Counted from the first letter of the stretch, positions 24,357 through 32,000 are shown. The stretch is DNA of 32,000 nt from Coprobacillaceae bacterium (GCA_963675515.1 OY776328.1:1320001-1352000), one strand, 5' to 3'. Translations and numbers: made by a program. Notes: a model not told the origin generated them from the letters alone.

Positions 24357-26768
24357 ATGAAGAATGTTGAACATTTTGGCGACCTGACCGTACGGATGAA
24401 TGAGTTCCGGGAAAAGGTTCTCGAGAAAAAACCTTATATCGACGCCCAAAGGGCCCTGCTGGCAACTGAGGCCTACCAGGCCAACCAGCATCAGCCCGTA
24501 GTGATGAAACGGGCCTTGATGCTAAAAAACATTTTGGAGAAAATGGATATCTATATCGAGGATGAGACTCTGATAGTCGGGAACCAGGCTGGTTCGAACC
24601 GTGATGCTCCGGTATTTCCCGAGTACACTCTTGATTTTGTGATCAATGAGCTTGACCTGTTTGAAAAACGCGACGGGGATGTGTTCTACATAACCGAAAA
24701 GACCAAAGAGGACCTGAGATCGATTGCGCCGTTCTGGAAAAATAACAACCTCCGGGCCAAGGGCGGGGCTCTTTTGCCCGACGAGGTCGCCGTGTTCATG
24801 GAAACCGGATTCTTCGGGATGGAAGGGAAGCTTAATTCGGGCGATGCCCACCTGGCGGTGGACTACCAGACAATGCTTGAAACAGGCCTGAAGGGCTATG
24901 AACAGCGGGTATTGAAGTTGAAAAGCGGACTGGACCTTTGTGTCAGTGAAAACATTGACAAGTACCAGTTCTACAAATCGGTGCTTGTCGTGATCGAAGC
25001 GGTAAAGACATTCGCTTCCCGTTATGCCAAGCTGGCCAGGGAAATGGCCATTGATGCAACCGGCCAAAGAAAAGAGGAACTTCTGGAAATCAGCCGGATC
25101 TGCTCCAAGGTACCATATGAAAGAGCTCAAACTCTCCAGGAGGCGATCCAGGCGACCTGGTTTATCCAGCTGATCTTGCAGATCGAATCGAATGGGCACT
25201 CCCTTTCATATGGCCGCTTCGACCAGTACATCTACCCTTATTACAAAGCCGACAAAGCAAAGGGAACGATAAGTGATGACCAGGTGGTCGAACTGCTGGA
25301 CAACCTCTGGATCAAGACGATGACCATCAACAAGGTCCGCTCGCAATCGCATACGTTTTCAAGCGCGGGCAGCCCGATGTACCAGAACGTCACAATCGGC
25401 GGGCAGACTCAAGACAAAACGGATGCGACCAATGAGTTATCTTATCTCATCTTGAAATCGGTGGCCCAGACAAGACTGCCCCAGCCCAACCTGACAGTCC
25501 GCTACCATCGCAATATGCCTGAAAAATTCATGGATGAGGCGCTGGAAGTGATGAAGCTGGGAACCGGGATGCCGGCCTTCAACTCGGATGAGGTGATCAT
25601 CCCATCTTTCATTGAAAAAGGCGTAAGCGAAGCGGATGCCTACAACTATTCGGCCATCGGCTGTGTGGAAACTGCGGTTCCGGGGAAATGGGGCTACCGG
25701 TGCACCGGGATGAGCTACATGAACTTCCCGCGGATCCTGCTTATCGCAATGAATGACGGAATCGACATGACAACCGGAAAACGCTTTGTCCAGGGGCGCG
25801 GCCATTTCAGGGACATGACCAGTTACGAACAGTTAAAAGCGGCGATAGACGAAGTCATGCGGGAGCTCACCAGGATGTCTGTCATTGTCGAGAATGCCAT
25901 CGATCTGGCACTCGAGCGCGATGTGCCCGATATCCTCTGCTCAGCTTTGACCCAGGATTGCATCGGACGGGGCAAGACAATCAAGGAAGGCGGGGCCATT
26001 TACGATTTCATCTCCGGATTGCAGGTGGGGATTGCCAATATGGCCGACTCCCTGGCGGCAATCAGGAAGCTGGTGTTCGAACAAAAAACGATCACTCCAG
26101 CCCAGCTTTTCGATGCCCTTGAAGACAACTTCGAGGGTGAGCAAGGCAAGAAGATCCAGCAGCTGCTTATAAATGATGCGCCAAAATACGGCAACGACAA
26201 TGATTACGTCGACAACCTGGTGGTCGATGTGTACAACACCTACCTGGACGAGATGAAAAAGTACCCCAATACCAGGTTTGGCCGGGGGCCGATCGGGGGT
26301 GTCCGCTATGGCGGTACTTCGAGCATCTCGGCCAATGTCGGCCAGGGGTATGGGACAATGGCGACACCGGACGGCCGCAAGGCAAGAACACCACTGGCTG
26401 AGGGCTGTTCACCGGCCCACAACTGCGACAAGTCCGGGCCGACGGCGATATTCAAGTCGGTGGCCAAACTGCCGACCCATGAGCTGACCGGCGGGGTCCT
26501 GCTCAACCAGAAAGTCACCCCGCAGCTGCTAAGCGAAGAAGAAAACAAGCAGAAACTGGCCATGATGATCAGGACATTTTTCAACCGGTTGGACGGCTAC
26601 CATGTCCAGTACAACGTCGTATCCCGGGAAACCCTGATTGAGGCTCAGCAACATCCTGAAATTCACCGCGACCTGATTGTCCGGGTGGCCGGCTATTCGG
26701 CATTCTTCAATGTCCTGTCCAAAGCGACCCAGGACGACATCATTTCCCGGACTGAACAGACATTATAA
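24357..26768 (+). CDS. Glycyl radical enzyme, YbiW/PflD-like (eliminase/dehydratase-type, not pyruvate formate-lyase)
   Basis: AAGGAG RBS, then ATG 24357 (the ORF-track start at 24243 is rejected). Glycyl loop RVAGYSAFF (Gly codon 26691-26693). Single-Cys loop IGCVETA (Cys codon 25662-25664) instead of the PFL Cys-Cys. Blocks FIQLILQIESNGHS, GLQVGIANMADSLAAIRKLVFEQ, APKYGNDNDYVD and DDIISRTEQ match my memory of E. coli YbiW/PflD. Confidence 0.95.
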   Translation: MKNVEHFGDLTVRMNEFREKVLEKKPYIDAQRALLATEAYQANQHQPVVMKRALMLKNILEKMDIYIEDETLIVGNQAGSNRDAPVFPEYTLDFVINELDLFEKRDGDVFYITEKTKEDLRSIAPFWKNNNLRAKGGALLPDEVAVFMETGFFGMEGKLNSGDAHLAVDYQTMLETGLKGYEQRVLKLKSGLDLCVSENIDKYQFYKSVLVVIEAVKTFASRYAKLAREMAIDATGQRKEELLEISRICSKVPYERAQTLQEAIQATWFIQLILQIESNGHSLSYGRFDQYIYPYYKADKAKGTISDDQVVELLDNLWIKTMTINKVRSQSHTFSSAGSPMYQNVTIGGQTQDKTDATNELSYLILKSVAQTRLPQPNLTVRYHRNMPEKFMDEALEVMKLGTGMPAFNSDEVIIPSFIEKGVSEADAYNYSAIGCVETAVPGKWGYRCTGMSYMNFPRILLIAMNDGIDMTTGKRFVQGRGHFRDMTSYEQLKAAIDEVMRELTRMSVIVENAIDLALERDVPDILCSALTQDCIGRGKTIKEGGAIYDFISGLQVGIANMADSLAAIRKLVFEQKTITPAQLFDALEDNFEGEQGKKIQQLLINDAPKYGNDNDYVDNLVVDVYNTYLDEMKKYPNTRFGRGPIGGVRYGGTSSISANVGQGYGTMATPDGRKARTPLAEGCSPAHNCDKSGPTAIFKSVAKLPTHELTGGVLLNQKVTPQLLSEEENKQKLAMMIRTFFNRLDGYHVQYNVVSRETLIEAQQHPEIHRDLIVRVAGYSAFFNVLSKATQDDIISRTEQTL

Positions 26769-26781
26769 AGGAGAGAAGAAA

Positions 26782-27459
26782 ATGGAATTCATAATCGATA
26801 CAGTAGATCTCGAACAGATAAAAAAGGCGGTGGAATACCTGCCAATTTGCGGGGTAACAAGCAATCCGTCGATCGTCAAGGCGACTTCGCCCGAAAACTT
26901 CTTCGACCATATGCGGGAAATCAGAGGAATCATCGGACCCGATCGCAGCCTGCATATCCAGGTCATCGCCCAGGATAGCGAAACGATGGTTAAAGAGGCG
27001 CACCGGATATTGAGCGAAATCGATGACAATGTCTATATAAAGGTTCCAGTCAGCCTGGAAGGGGTCAAGGCCATCAAGGCCCTCAAGCGCGAGGGAATCA
27101 ATGTGACGGCTACCGCCGTCTATGATCTGATGCAGGCCTACCTGGCCCTGGAGGCCGGAGCCGACTATATCGCCCCATATGTCAACCGGATCGGCAACCT
27201 TGGGGGCGACCCGATGGAACTCATTTTTGACCTGGCTTTCAAGATTGCAAGTGAAAGCTACGACTCGAAGATTGTCGCAGCATCTTTCAAAGGGGTGAAG
27301 CAGGTCAAGGATTCGCTCAATGCCGGCGCCCATGCGGTGACCGTTCCCACAGCCATCCTCGAGGCGATATTCGCCAACCCGAACATCGACAAGGCAATCG
27401 CCGATTTCAATAACGACTGGCAGGCAATGCATGGCGACAAGGGAATAAGTGATTTGTGA
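26782..27459 (+). CDS. fsa: Fructose-6-phosphate aldolase-type (FSA) class I aldolase, copy 1
   Basis: AAGGAGAG RBS, then ATG 26782 (the ORF-track start at 26677 is rejected). GVTSNPSI motif. FSA-type Gln (LHIQVIA) and Tyr (IAPYVNRIGNLGGD) at the positions that distinguish FSA from transaldolase. Confidence 0.9.
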   Translation: MEFIIDTVDLEQIKKAVEYLPICGVTSNPSIVKATSPENFFDHMREIRGIIGPDRSLHIQVIAQDSETMVKEAHRILSEIDDNVYIKVPVSLEGVKAIKALKREGINVTATAVYDLMQAYLALEAGADYIAPYVNRIGNLGGDPMELIFDLAFKIASESYDSKIVAASFKGVKQVKDSLNAGAHAVTVPTAILEAIFANPNIDKAIADFNNDWQAMHGDKGISDL

Positions 27460-27463
27460 CATT

Positions 27464-27495
27464 AGCCTCCTGCAATCTTGCGGGAGGCTTTCTTA
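27464..27495. terminator. Bidirectional terminator between convergent fsa copy 1 and the activase
   Basis: 10-bp stem AGCCTCCTGC / GCGGGAGGCT (one G-U pair), loop AATCTT, T-rich tail. Confidence 0.7.
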
Positions 27496-27524
27496 TGCAA
27501 CAAAAAAGACCAGCCGGGCCGGTC

Positions 27525-28421
27525 CTAGAAGAAACAATCTATTTTTGATTCGTTGAATATTGCCTGATATTCGTCAAGGTCTTCCTTTTGGAGGGCTTTG
27601 TGGTTCGAATAGGCGTATTCAAGGTTGAGAGAATCATATTTGCCCTGGCCAAACTGGTGGAAAGGCAACAGCTGGACCCTGTCGATGCCAAGCTGGCTGA
27701 AAAGCTCTGCGAAACCACGGGCGTCATCGAGGGAATTGTTGAAGTCGGGGATTACCGGAATCCTAGGCAGGATATTGATGCCCTGATCTTTGGCCCATTT
27801 CAGGTTTTCGATTATCACAAGGTTACCAACCCCGGTCATTTCCGCGTGCCTTAAAGAGTCATGGTGTTTGACATCGAAAAGAAGCAGGTCGAACAGGGGA
27901 GCCAGTTTTTTGAAGGTGTCCGGGCTGGCAAATCCGGTTGTCTCCAAAGCGACATGGATGCCTTTTGATTTCAATTCCTGGCCCAGCTTTTCAAGGAAGC
28001 CCGGCTGGAGGAGGGCCTCGCCCCCGGAAATGGTGACTCCGCCGTTTGATTCCTCATAGAAATCCTGATCCTGCAGACAGATGGCGACAATCTCATCGAC
28101 GCTTTTATATTCGCCTTCGCTTGAAAGAGCCTTTTGGGGGCAGGCATGGAGGCACTCAAGACAGCCGGTGCATTTAACGGGATCGATGACAATCCGGTTG
28201 TCCTTATGGCTTATGGCGCCGGTTTTGCAGGTGGCCACACAGCTAAGGCAATTGGTGCACGCTCTTTGATTCCACAGCATCTGGATTTTCGAAGATTGCG
28301 ATTCGGGATTGGCGCACCAGCGACATGACAGCGGGCAGCCTTTTAAAAAGACGGTGGTCCTGATGCCCGGTCCGTCATGGATTGAGAATTTCTGGATATT
28401 GAAGATAAGTCCTTTTTCCAT
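27525..28421 (-). CDS. Glycyl-radical enzyme activating protein (radical SAM, with auxiliary ferredoxin-like clusters)
   Basis: N-terminal FSIHDGPGIRTTVFLKGCPLSCRWCANPES (CX3CX2C). Two extra Cys clusters, CTNCLSCVATC and CTGCLECLHACP, typical of activases of non-PFL GREs. AGGAGGATG RBS. Confidence 0.95.
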   Translation of the reverse strand: MEKGLIFNIQKFSIHDGPGIRTTVFLKGCPLSCRWCANPESQSSKIQMLWNQRACTNCLSCVATCKTGAISHKDNRIVIDPVKCTGCLECLHACPQKALSSEGEYKSVDEIVAICLQDQDFYEESNGGVTISGGEALLQPGFLEKLGQELKSKGIHVALETTGFASPDTFKKLAPLFDLLLFDVKHHDSLRHAEMTGVGNLVIIENLKWAKDQGINILPRIPVIPDFNNSLDDARGFAELFSQLGIDRVQLLPFHQFGQGKYDSLNLEYAYSNHKALQKEDLDEYQAIFNESKIDCFF

Positions 28422-28581
28422 AATTGTTCATCCTCCTTATAGAAATATGATATCATTTAAAGATTCGATTGTAAATAATTTGCTTTCGTTCGAAACTGAA
28501 TTTCAAATTATGAAATTGTGAAATAATGCCGGTCTGATGATGCTTTTAGTTGTCAGCGTTTCAGTTTGGGACAAGTAAGGG

Positions 28582-28611
28582 TTGCCATGTGTTTGTTTGT
28601 CGGAGTATAAT
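28582..28611 (+). promoter_or_regulatory. Candidate sigma-A promoter for fsa copy 2
   Basis: TTGCCA (28582-28587), 18 nt spacer, TATAAT (28606-28611). Confidence 0.5.
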
Positions 28612-28646
28612 GGTTACATGAATTAAAAATTGAAAAGGGGAACATT

Positions 28647-29330
28647 ATGGAAATACTGATAGACACTATCGACCTGAAACAGATCAAAGAAGCGGTGGAA
28701 TATCTGCCGGTTTCAGGCGTGACAAGCAATCCTTCAATCGTCAAGAAAACATCACCTGAAGATTTTTTCAAACATATGAATGAGATCCGGGCCATCATCG
28801 GACAAGAACGCACTCTCCATGTCCAGGTCATCGCCACCGATGCTATGGGAATGGTCGAGGAGGCACTTACGATTCTTGAAAGAATCGACAAAAATGTCTA
28901 TGTCAAGATTCCGGTAAGCTATGAAGGGATAAAGGCCATCAAAATCCTCAAGGAAAAAGGGGTTCAGGTGACCGCGACGGCGATCTATGACCTGATGCAG
29001 GCTTATCTGGCCCTGGAGGCGGGAGCCGATTACCTGGCACCTTATGTCAACCGGATCGGGAACCTGGGCGGTGATCCGATGGAGCTTATCGACAATCTCG
29101 CGATGAAGATCGCCAGCGAAAATTACGAGGCCAAGATCGTGGCAGCCAGCTTCAAAGGCGTGGAACAGGTCAAACAGTCGCTCAATTTCGGGTCCCATGC
29201 GATAACCGCACCGGTGGAAATCCTCAAGGCGGTATTTGCGAATCCGAACATCGACAAGGCTGTGAAAGATTTCAACAGCGACTGGCACGATGTCTATGGC
29301 CAAGGTGTCTTATTGAACGATCTAAAATAA
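28647..29330 (+). CDS. fsa: Fructose-6-phosphate aldolase-type (FSA) class I aldolase, copy 2
   Basis: AAGGGGAA RBS. Same FSA-type Gln (LHVQVIA) and Tyr (LAPYVNRIGNLGGD). Roughly 70 percent identical to copy 1 by hand alignment. Confidence 0.9.
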   Translation: MEILIDTIDLKQIKEAVEYLPVSGVTSNPSIVKKTSPEDFFKHMNEIRAIIGQERTLHVQVIATDAMGMVEEALTILERIDKNVYVKIPVSYEGIKAIKILKEKGVQVTATAIYDLMQAYLALEAGADYLAPYVNRIGNLGGDPMELIDNLAMKIASENYEAKIVAASFKGVEQVKQSLNFGSHAITAPVEILKAVFANPNIDKAVKDFNSDWHDVYGQGVLLNDLK

Positions 29331-29390
29331 CCAGATCGGCTCTACGGCAAATAAGTGCAACCGGTCCGGCCGTCTTAATTATTGCGTTAA

Positions 29391-29417
29391 GTTCCGCTGT
29401 CAAAGGTGGAACTTTTT
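29391..29417 (+). terminator. Rho-independent terminator after fsa copy 2
   Basis: GTTCCGC-TGTCAAAG-GTGGAAC (one G-U pair) followed by TTTTT. Confidence 0.65.
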
Positions 29418-29589
29418 GCCTGAATGGGTCCGCAATCGATCATGACCTGACAGGAAAGGGTAAGTTTCACAAACGGGCCACATTTGGTTGCACTTTAGTT
29501 AATTTTTTGATACCTTATTGTTAAACACCAAGAAAAAACCGGTGCGTTTCAAGGAGACCGGGCTTGGCGGAAAAAGATGGAGAATTGAC

Positions 29590-30372
29590 ATGAAGATAGG
29601 CTTTTTTGATTCGGGAATCGGAGGGATAACAGTCCTTTACGAAGCGCTCAAGCTTTTGCCCGATGCTGATTTTATATATTATGCGGATACCAAGAACGTG
29701 CCATACGGTCCCAAGGAAAAAGAAGAGGTTTTTAGCTTCATTCTCGAGGCGGTGGAGTTCCTGGTAAACCAGGGTGTCGATGCCATTGTGATCGCCTGCA
29801 ACACGGCGACAAGCATCGCCATCGAGCGGCTTAGAAGCATGTATGCAATCCCAATCATCGGGATGGAACCGGCGGTCAAACCGGCCATCGAGAGCGCCCA
29901 GGGCACAAACAAAAGCGTCCTGGTGACCGGCACCCAACTCACACTCAAAGAGGAGAAACTCCACAACCTGATTGCCAGGCTCAACTGCAAGAATCCTGTG
30001 GTTTTGCTGCCCCTCCCGGGGCTGGTCCAGTTCGCGGAAAGGCTGGAGTTCAACAGCGACGAAGTCAAAGAGTATTTGCGCACCGAGCTTTTCAAGTGCG
30101 ATCTTGAAAACTGCGACACCATCGTGCTTGGCTGCACCCACTTCCCTTATTTCAAGGACACCATCAAGGAGCTGGTGCCCGGAACCATCGGAATCATTGA
30201 CGGCAGCCTGGGGACCGCGCGAAACCTCAAGGCGATAATGGAGCAAAACAAGGACTTGTCCAAAGGCGACCATACAATCACCTTCTACAATTCCGGAGAA
30301 AAGGTAAGCGGGGATGAACTGCCCAAATTCAAGAAACTGTTCGCCAGGCTTGAAATGCTTGAAAAGATCTAA
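29590..30372 (+). CDS. murI: Glutamate racemase
   Basis: GGAGA RBS, then ATG 29590 (MKIGFFDSGIGGITVL). Catalytic-Cys motifs IACNTAT and LGCTHFP. The ORF-track start at 29518 is rejected. Confidence 0.95.
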   Translation: MKIGFFDSGIGGITVLYEALKLLPDADFIYYADTKNVPYGPKEKEEVFSFILEAVEFLVNQGVDAIVIACNTATSIAIERLRSMYAIPIIGMEPAVKPAIESAQGTNKSVLVTGTQLTLKEEKLHNLIARLNCKNPVVLLPLPGLVQFAERLEFNSDEVKEYLRTELFKCDLENCDTIVLGCTHFPYFKDTIKELVPGTIGIIDGSLGTARNLKAIMEQNKDLSKGDHTITFYNSGEKVSGDELPKFKKLFARLEMLEKI

Positions 30373-30442
30373 GCAGTTTGGGATTATTAAAAAGGCGGAG
30401 TTTCTTTAAATACTGATCAACAGCGCCATTGAAGCGCAAACT

Positions 30443-30471
30443 AAAACAGGCTGGATAATTCAGCCTGTTTT
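30443..30471. terminator. Bidirectional terminator between murI and the small minus-strand ORF
   Basis: Perfect 11-bp stem AAAACAGGCTG / CAGCCTGTTTT with loop GATAATT. Confidence 0.75.
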
Positions 30472-30476
30472 AGCGT

Positions 30477-30644
30477 TTATTTGTGTTCCCACTTGTTGCC
30501 ATGTTTAGACGTAGGCGGTAAGCGGTCACCCTTGTCGATGTGTACAACACGGGGTTTGTCTAGTTTGCCACCACGAGGTCCTGTTTCAACCCATTCACCA
30601 GGTTCAACATTATCAGTACCAGGAGTCGCTAGATTTCTTTTCAT
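30477..30644 (-). CDS. Small YjzC-like protein (55 aa), not in the supplied ORF track
   Basis: My own translation of the minus strand gives MKRNLATPGTDNVEPGEWVETGPRGGKLDKPRVVHIDKGDRLPPTSKHGNKWEHK*. GGAGGT sits 8 nt upstream of the ATG, and a terminator follows immediately. The pattern (G.Y.E.G..G......V....GD..P.TS....W) resembles the Bacillus YjzC family as I remember it. Confidence 0.7.
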   Translation of the reverse strand: MKRNLATPGTDNVEPGEWVETGPRGGKLDKPRVVHIDKGDRLPPTSKHGNKWEHK

Positions 30645-31038
30645 AAAGATGACCTCCTTTTTATGGTCCTTTTATCTACTTTCATTATACACCTAAATAT
30701 AAAAAAAGCTCATAAAAAGAGAGTATTTTCAAAACTATGAAAATGTTTTTCACATTATGTATAACATGTTTTTTGTAAATGCAATAATTATTTTAATGGG
30801 TTTCATCAGTAAAATAACTATGATAAGTATCTTTAACAAGACAATGTGATTGCCCATATGGCAAGGATCTGGCTCTTGCAATGACCCCCTTGAATCATGT
30901 TTTTGAATGTCTTCTGGTTTAATATCCAGGGCTAAAGAGTCCGGATTTTGGATTTTTTTCAAAATATAAAATTATGGCATATCGTGTTTGGATTCGGTTA
31001 TAATCACCATAAGTTAAACAAATCAAAGGAGCTTTGGC

Positions 31039-31740
31039 ATGGATTTCAAGATAGATCTGACCCTAAACAAAAACAATTACCCACGGAAGGTTTTCTTCTG
31101 CATTTTTGGCCTGTTCATCTCGGCCTTTGGGATGAGCTTGCTGATAAAATCGGCCCTGGGGCAAAGCACGGTTTCAGCCCTGGCATACAACATTTCCATG
31201 GTTTCTAACATCAAGACCGGGACTATAGTCGCCTATGTGAACTACCTTTGTTTGATCGGCCAGGTCATCCTGCTTAAAAGGGATTTCAGACCATTCCAGC
31301 TCTTGCAGCTGGCGATAACCTTCCTTTTTGGAGTGATGGTGAATTTCTTTCTCTATGATTTTCCATTCACCACCAATTTGACATTGCCTGGCTACCCGCT
31401 CCAGGCGGTTGCCTTCCTGGTTGGAATTGTCATCATGTCCTTCGGGGTGGCTTTTGTCTTCGTTGCCGATTTTGTCTTTTTGCCTTTCGAGGGATTCTGC
31501 AAGCTGCTTGCCAGCCATTTCAGCCTGCCCTTTGGCAAGCTGCGAGTGGGGATCGACTCGTCATTGGTTGTCATCTCGCTGGTACTCATATACATCCAAA
31601 ACCTGCCCAACACCTCGATCAGGGAAGGGACCATTCTCTACGCCCTGGCCTTTGGCTTTTTGATCAACTTTTTTACAACCAATCTCAACAAGCTCAAGAT
31701 CTTCCAGCAACTCAATCTAAGCAAAAGCAGCCAACCGTAA
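31039..31740 (+). CDS. Integral membrane protein (YczE/YyaS/YitT-like, unverified)
   Basis: AAGGAG RBS. The 233-aa product has about 6 TM helices, with N-terminal RKVFFCIFGLFISAFGMSLLIKSALGQS typical of this family as I recall it. Confidence 0.75.
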   Translation: MDFKIDLTLNKNNYPRKVFFCIFGLFISAFGMSLLIKSALGQSTVSALAYNISMVSNIKTGTIVAYVNYLCLIGQVILLKRDFRPFQLLQLAITFLFGVMVNFFLYDFPFTTNLTLPGYPLQAVAFLVGIVIMSFGVAFVFVADFVFLPFEGFCKLLASHFSLPFGKLRVGIDSSLVVISLVLIYIQNLPNTSIREGTILYALAFGFLINFFTTNLNKLKIFQQLNLSKSSQP

Positions 31741-31754
31741 GGAAAGCTGCTTTT
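31723..31754. terminator. Possible bidirectional terminator between convergent genes
   Basis: AAAAGCAGC ... GCTGCTTTT, a 9-bp stem with a long 14-nt loop. It overlaps the CDS stop. Confidence 0.45.
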
Positions 31755-31757
31755 ATC

Positions 31758-32000
31758 TTATTTGGCAATTGTCCAATAACCTTTGTTGCTATTGCTGTAA
31801 GTGGCATAAGGATTGTTCTCATTGATGGCTGTGAGCAAAGCATAGTCAGAACCGTCAGCGGAAACGTTAATGTTTGATATGGCACCTTGGTAGCCGGCAT
31901 CTTTGTCGTGGTGGGTGTAGTAGACTCCCTCAATGTATATCAGACTGGTCTGAACGTCGCCACCAGTCTTGTTGTCGCTGGTATAAGCGGCAAAATAGAC
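31758..32000 (-). CDS. 3' end of a gene running off the right edge; C-terminal domain paralogous to the pilin-like protein at 5529-6632
   Basis: My translation of the minus strand from base 32000 gives VYFAAYTSDNKTGGDVQTSLIYIEGVYYTHHDKDAGYQGAISNINVSADGSDYALLTAINENNPYATYSNSNKGYWTIAK*. It aligns with VFFAASYNSSDTDKVSTTIVCIDGKYYQY...INDDGSDYQDIV...KYWIRIR. It is absent from the ORF track, which lists a spurious ORF in another frame (31712-31933). Confidence 0.7.
   Translation of the reverse strand, partial: VYFAAYTSDNKTGGDVQTSLIYIEGVYYTHHDKDAGYQGAISNINVSADGSDYALLTAINENNPYATYSNSNKGYWTIAK

Noticed and set aside
8465-29330. The idea that the ula-type PTS supplies the phosphorylated substrate for the GRE locus 6 kb downstream, making one combined system.
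   Set aside because: The two clusters are separated by strong terminators and a 5.3-kb adhesin gene, and each has its own DeoR regulator and its own distinct operator motifs. UlaG, UlaE and UlaF already define an ascorbate-type route. A functional link is pure speculation from proximity.
30481-30696. A 71-aa plus-strand ORF from the track.
   Set aside because: It is antisense to the better-supported YjzC-like minus-strand gene, which has an RBS, a terminator and family resemblance. The plus-strand product is Ser/Pro/Leu-rich with no signals.
30697-31038. ORFs 30750-30962 (minus) and 30948-31208 (plus), and a possible riboswitch or leader upstream of the membrane-protein gene. Small hairpins such as TTGCC-CATAT-GGCAA and GCAAG...CTTGC occur here.
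   Set aside because: The ORFs have no RBS and an implausible composition, and the second overlaps the real start at 31039. The hairpins are short, and I do not recognise any known riboswitch consensus. I am leaving this as an unexplained AT-rich spacer.

Overview
This looks like a chromosomal segment from a moderate-GC Bacillota-type anaerobe, judged from GGAGG-type RBSs, sigma-A-like promoters and hairpin plus T-run terminators. I saw no transposase, integrase, CRISPR array or rRNA. Contents from left to right:

- **1-341:** the 3' end of a Toprim/DUF2399 (JetD-like) gene entering from the left edge.
- **546-1707:** a GyrI-like protein and a HAD phosphatase.
- **1820-2173:** a minus-strand tRNA-Lys / tRNA-Ser / tRNA-Asp cluster.
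- **2303-5512:** a membrane-anchored HAD-like protein lacking the nucleophile Asp, then a polytopic membrane protein.
- **5529-6632:** an orphan prepilin-type protein. The C-terminal domain of a paralog re-appears at the right edge (31758-32000).
- **6859-8094:** a decay patch holding a cupin pseudogene, an intact ArsC/LMW-PTP-like gene and a degraded tandem copy of it.
- **8465-17619:** an 11-gene ascorbate-type (ula) PTS operon extended with transaldolase and a split transketolase. It lacks ulaD and instead carries an uncharacterised, translationally coupled beta-propeller gene.
- **17888-23155:** a 1755-aa wall-adhesin-like protein with a 660-bp tandem super-repeat.
- **23374-29330:** DeoR regulator, YbiW/PflD-type glycyl radical enzyme (GRE), FSA-type aldolase, activase on the opposite strand, then a second FSA-type aldolase.
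- **29590-31740:** murI, a small YjzC-like ORF missing from the ORF track, and a YczE/YitT-like membrane protein.

The best candidates for new biology are two. One is the glycyl-radical plus FSA aldolase locus, which has no cognate transporter or reductase. The other is the ulaD-less ula operon with its orphan propeller protein. All family assignments come from motif recognition by eye and memory; no searches were run.
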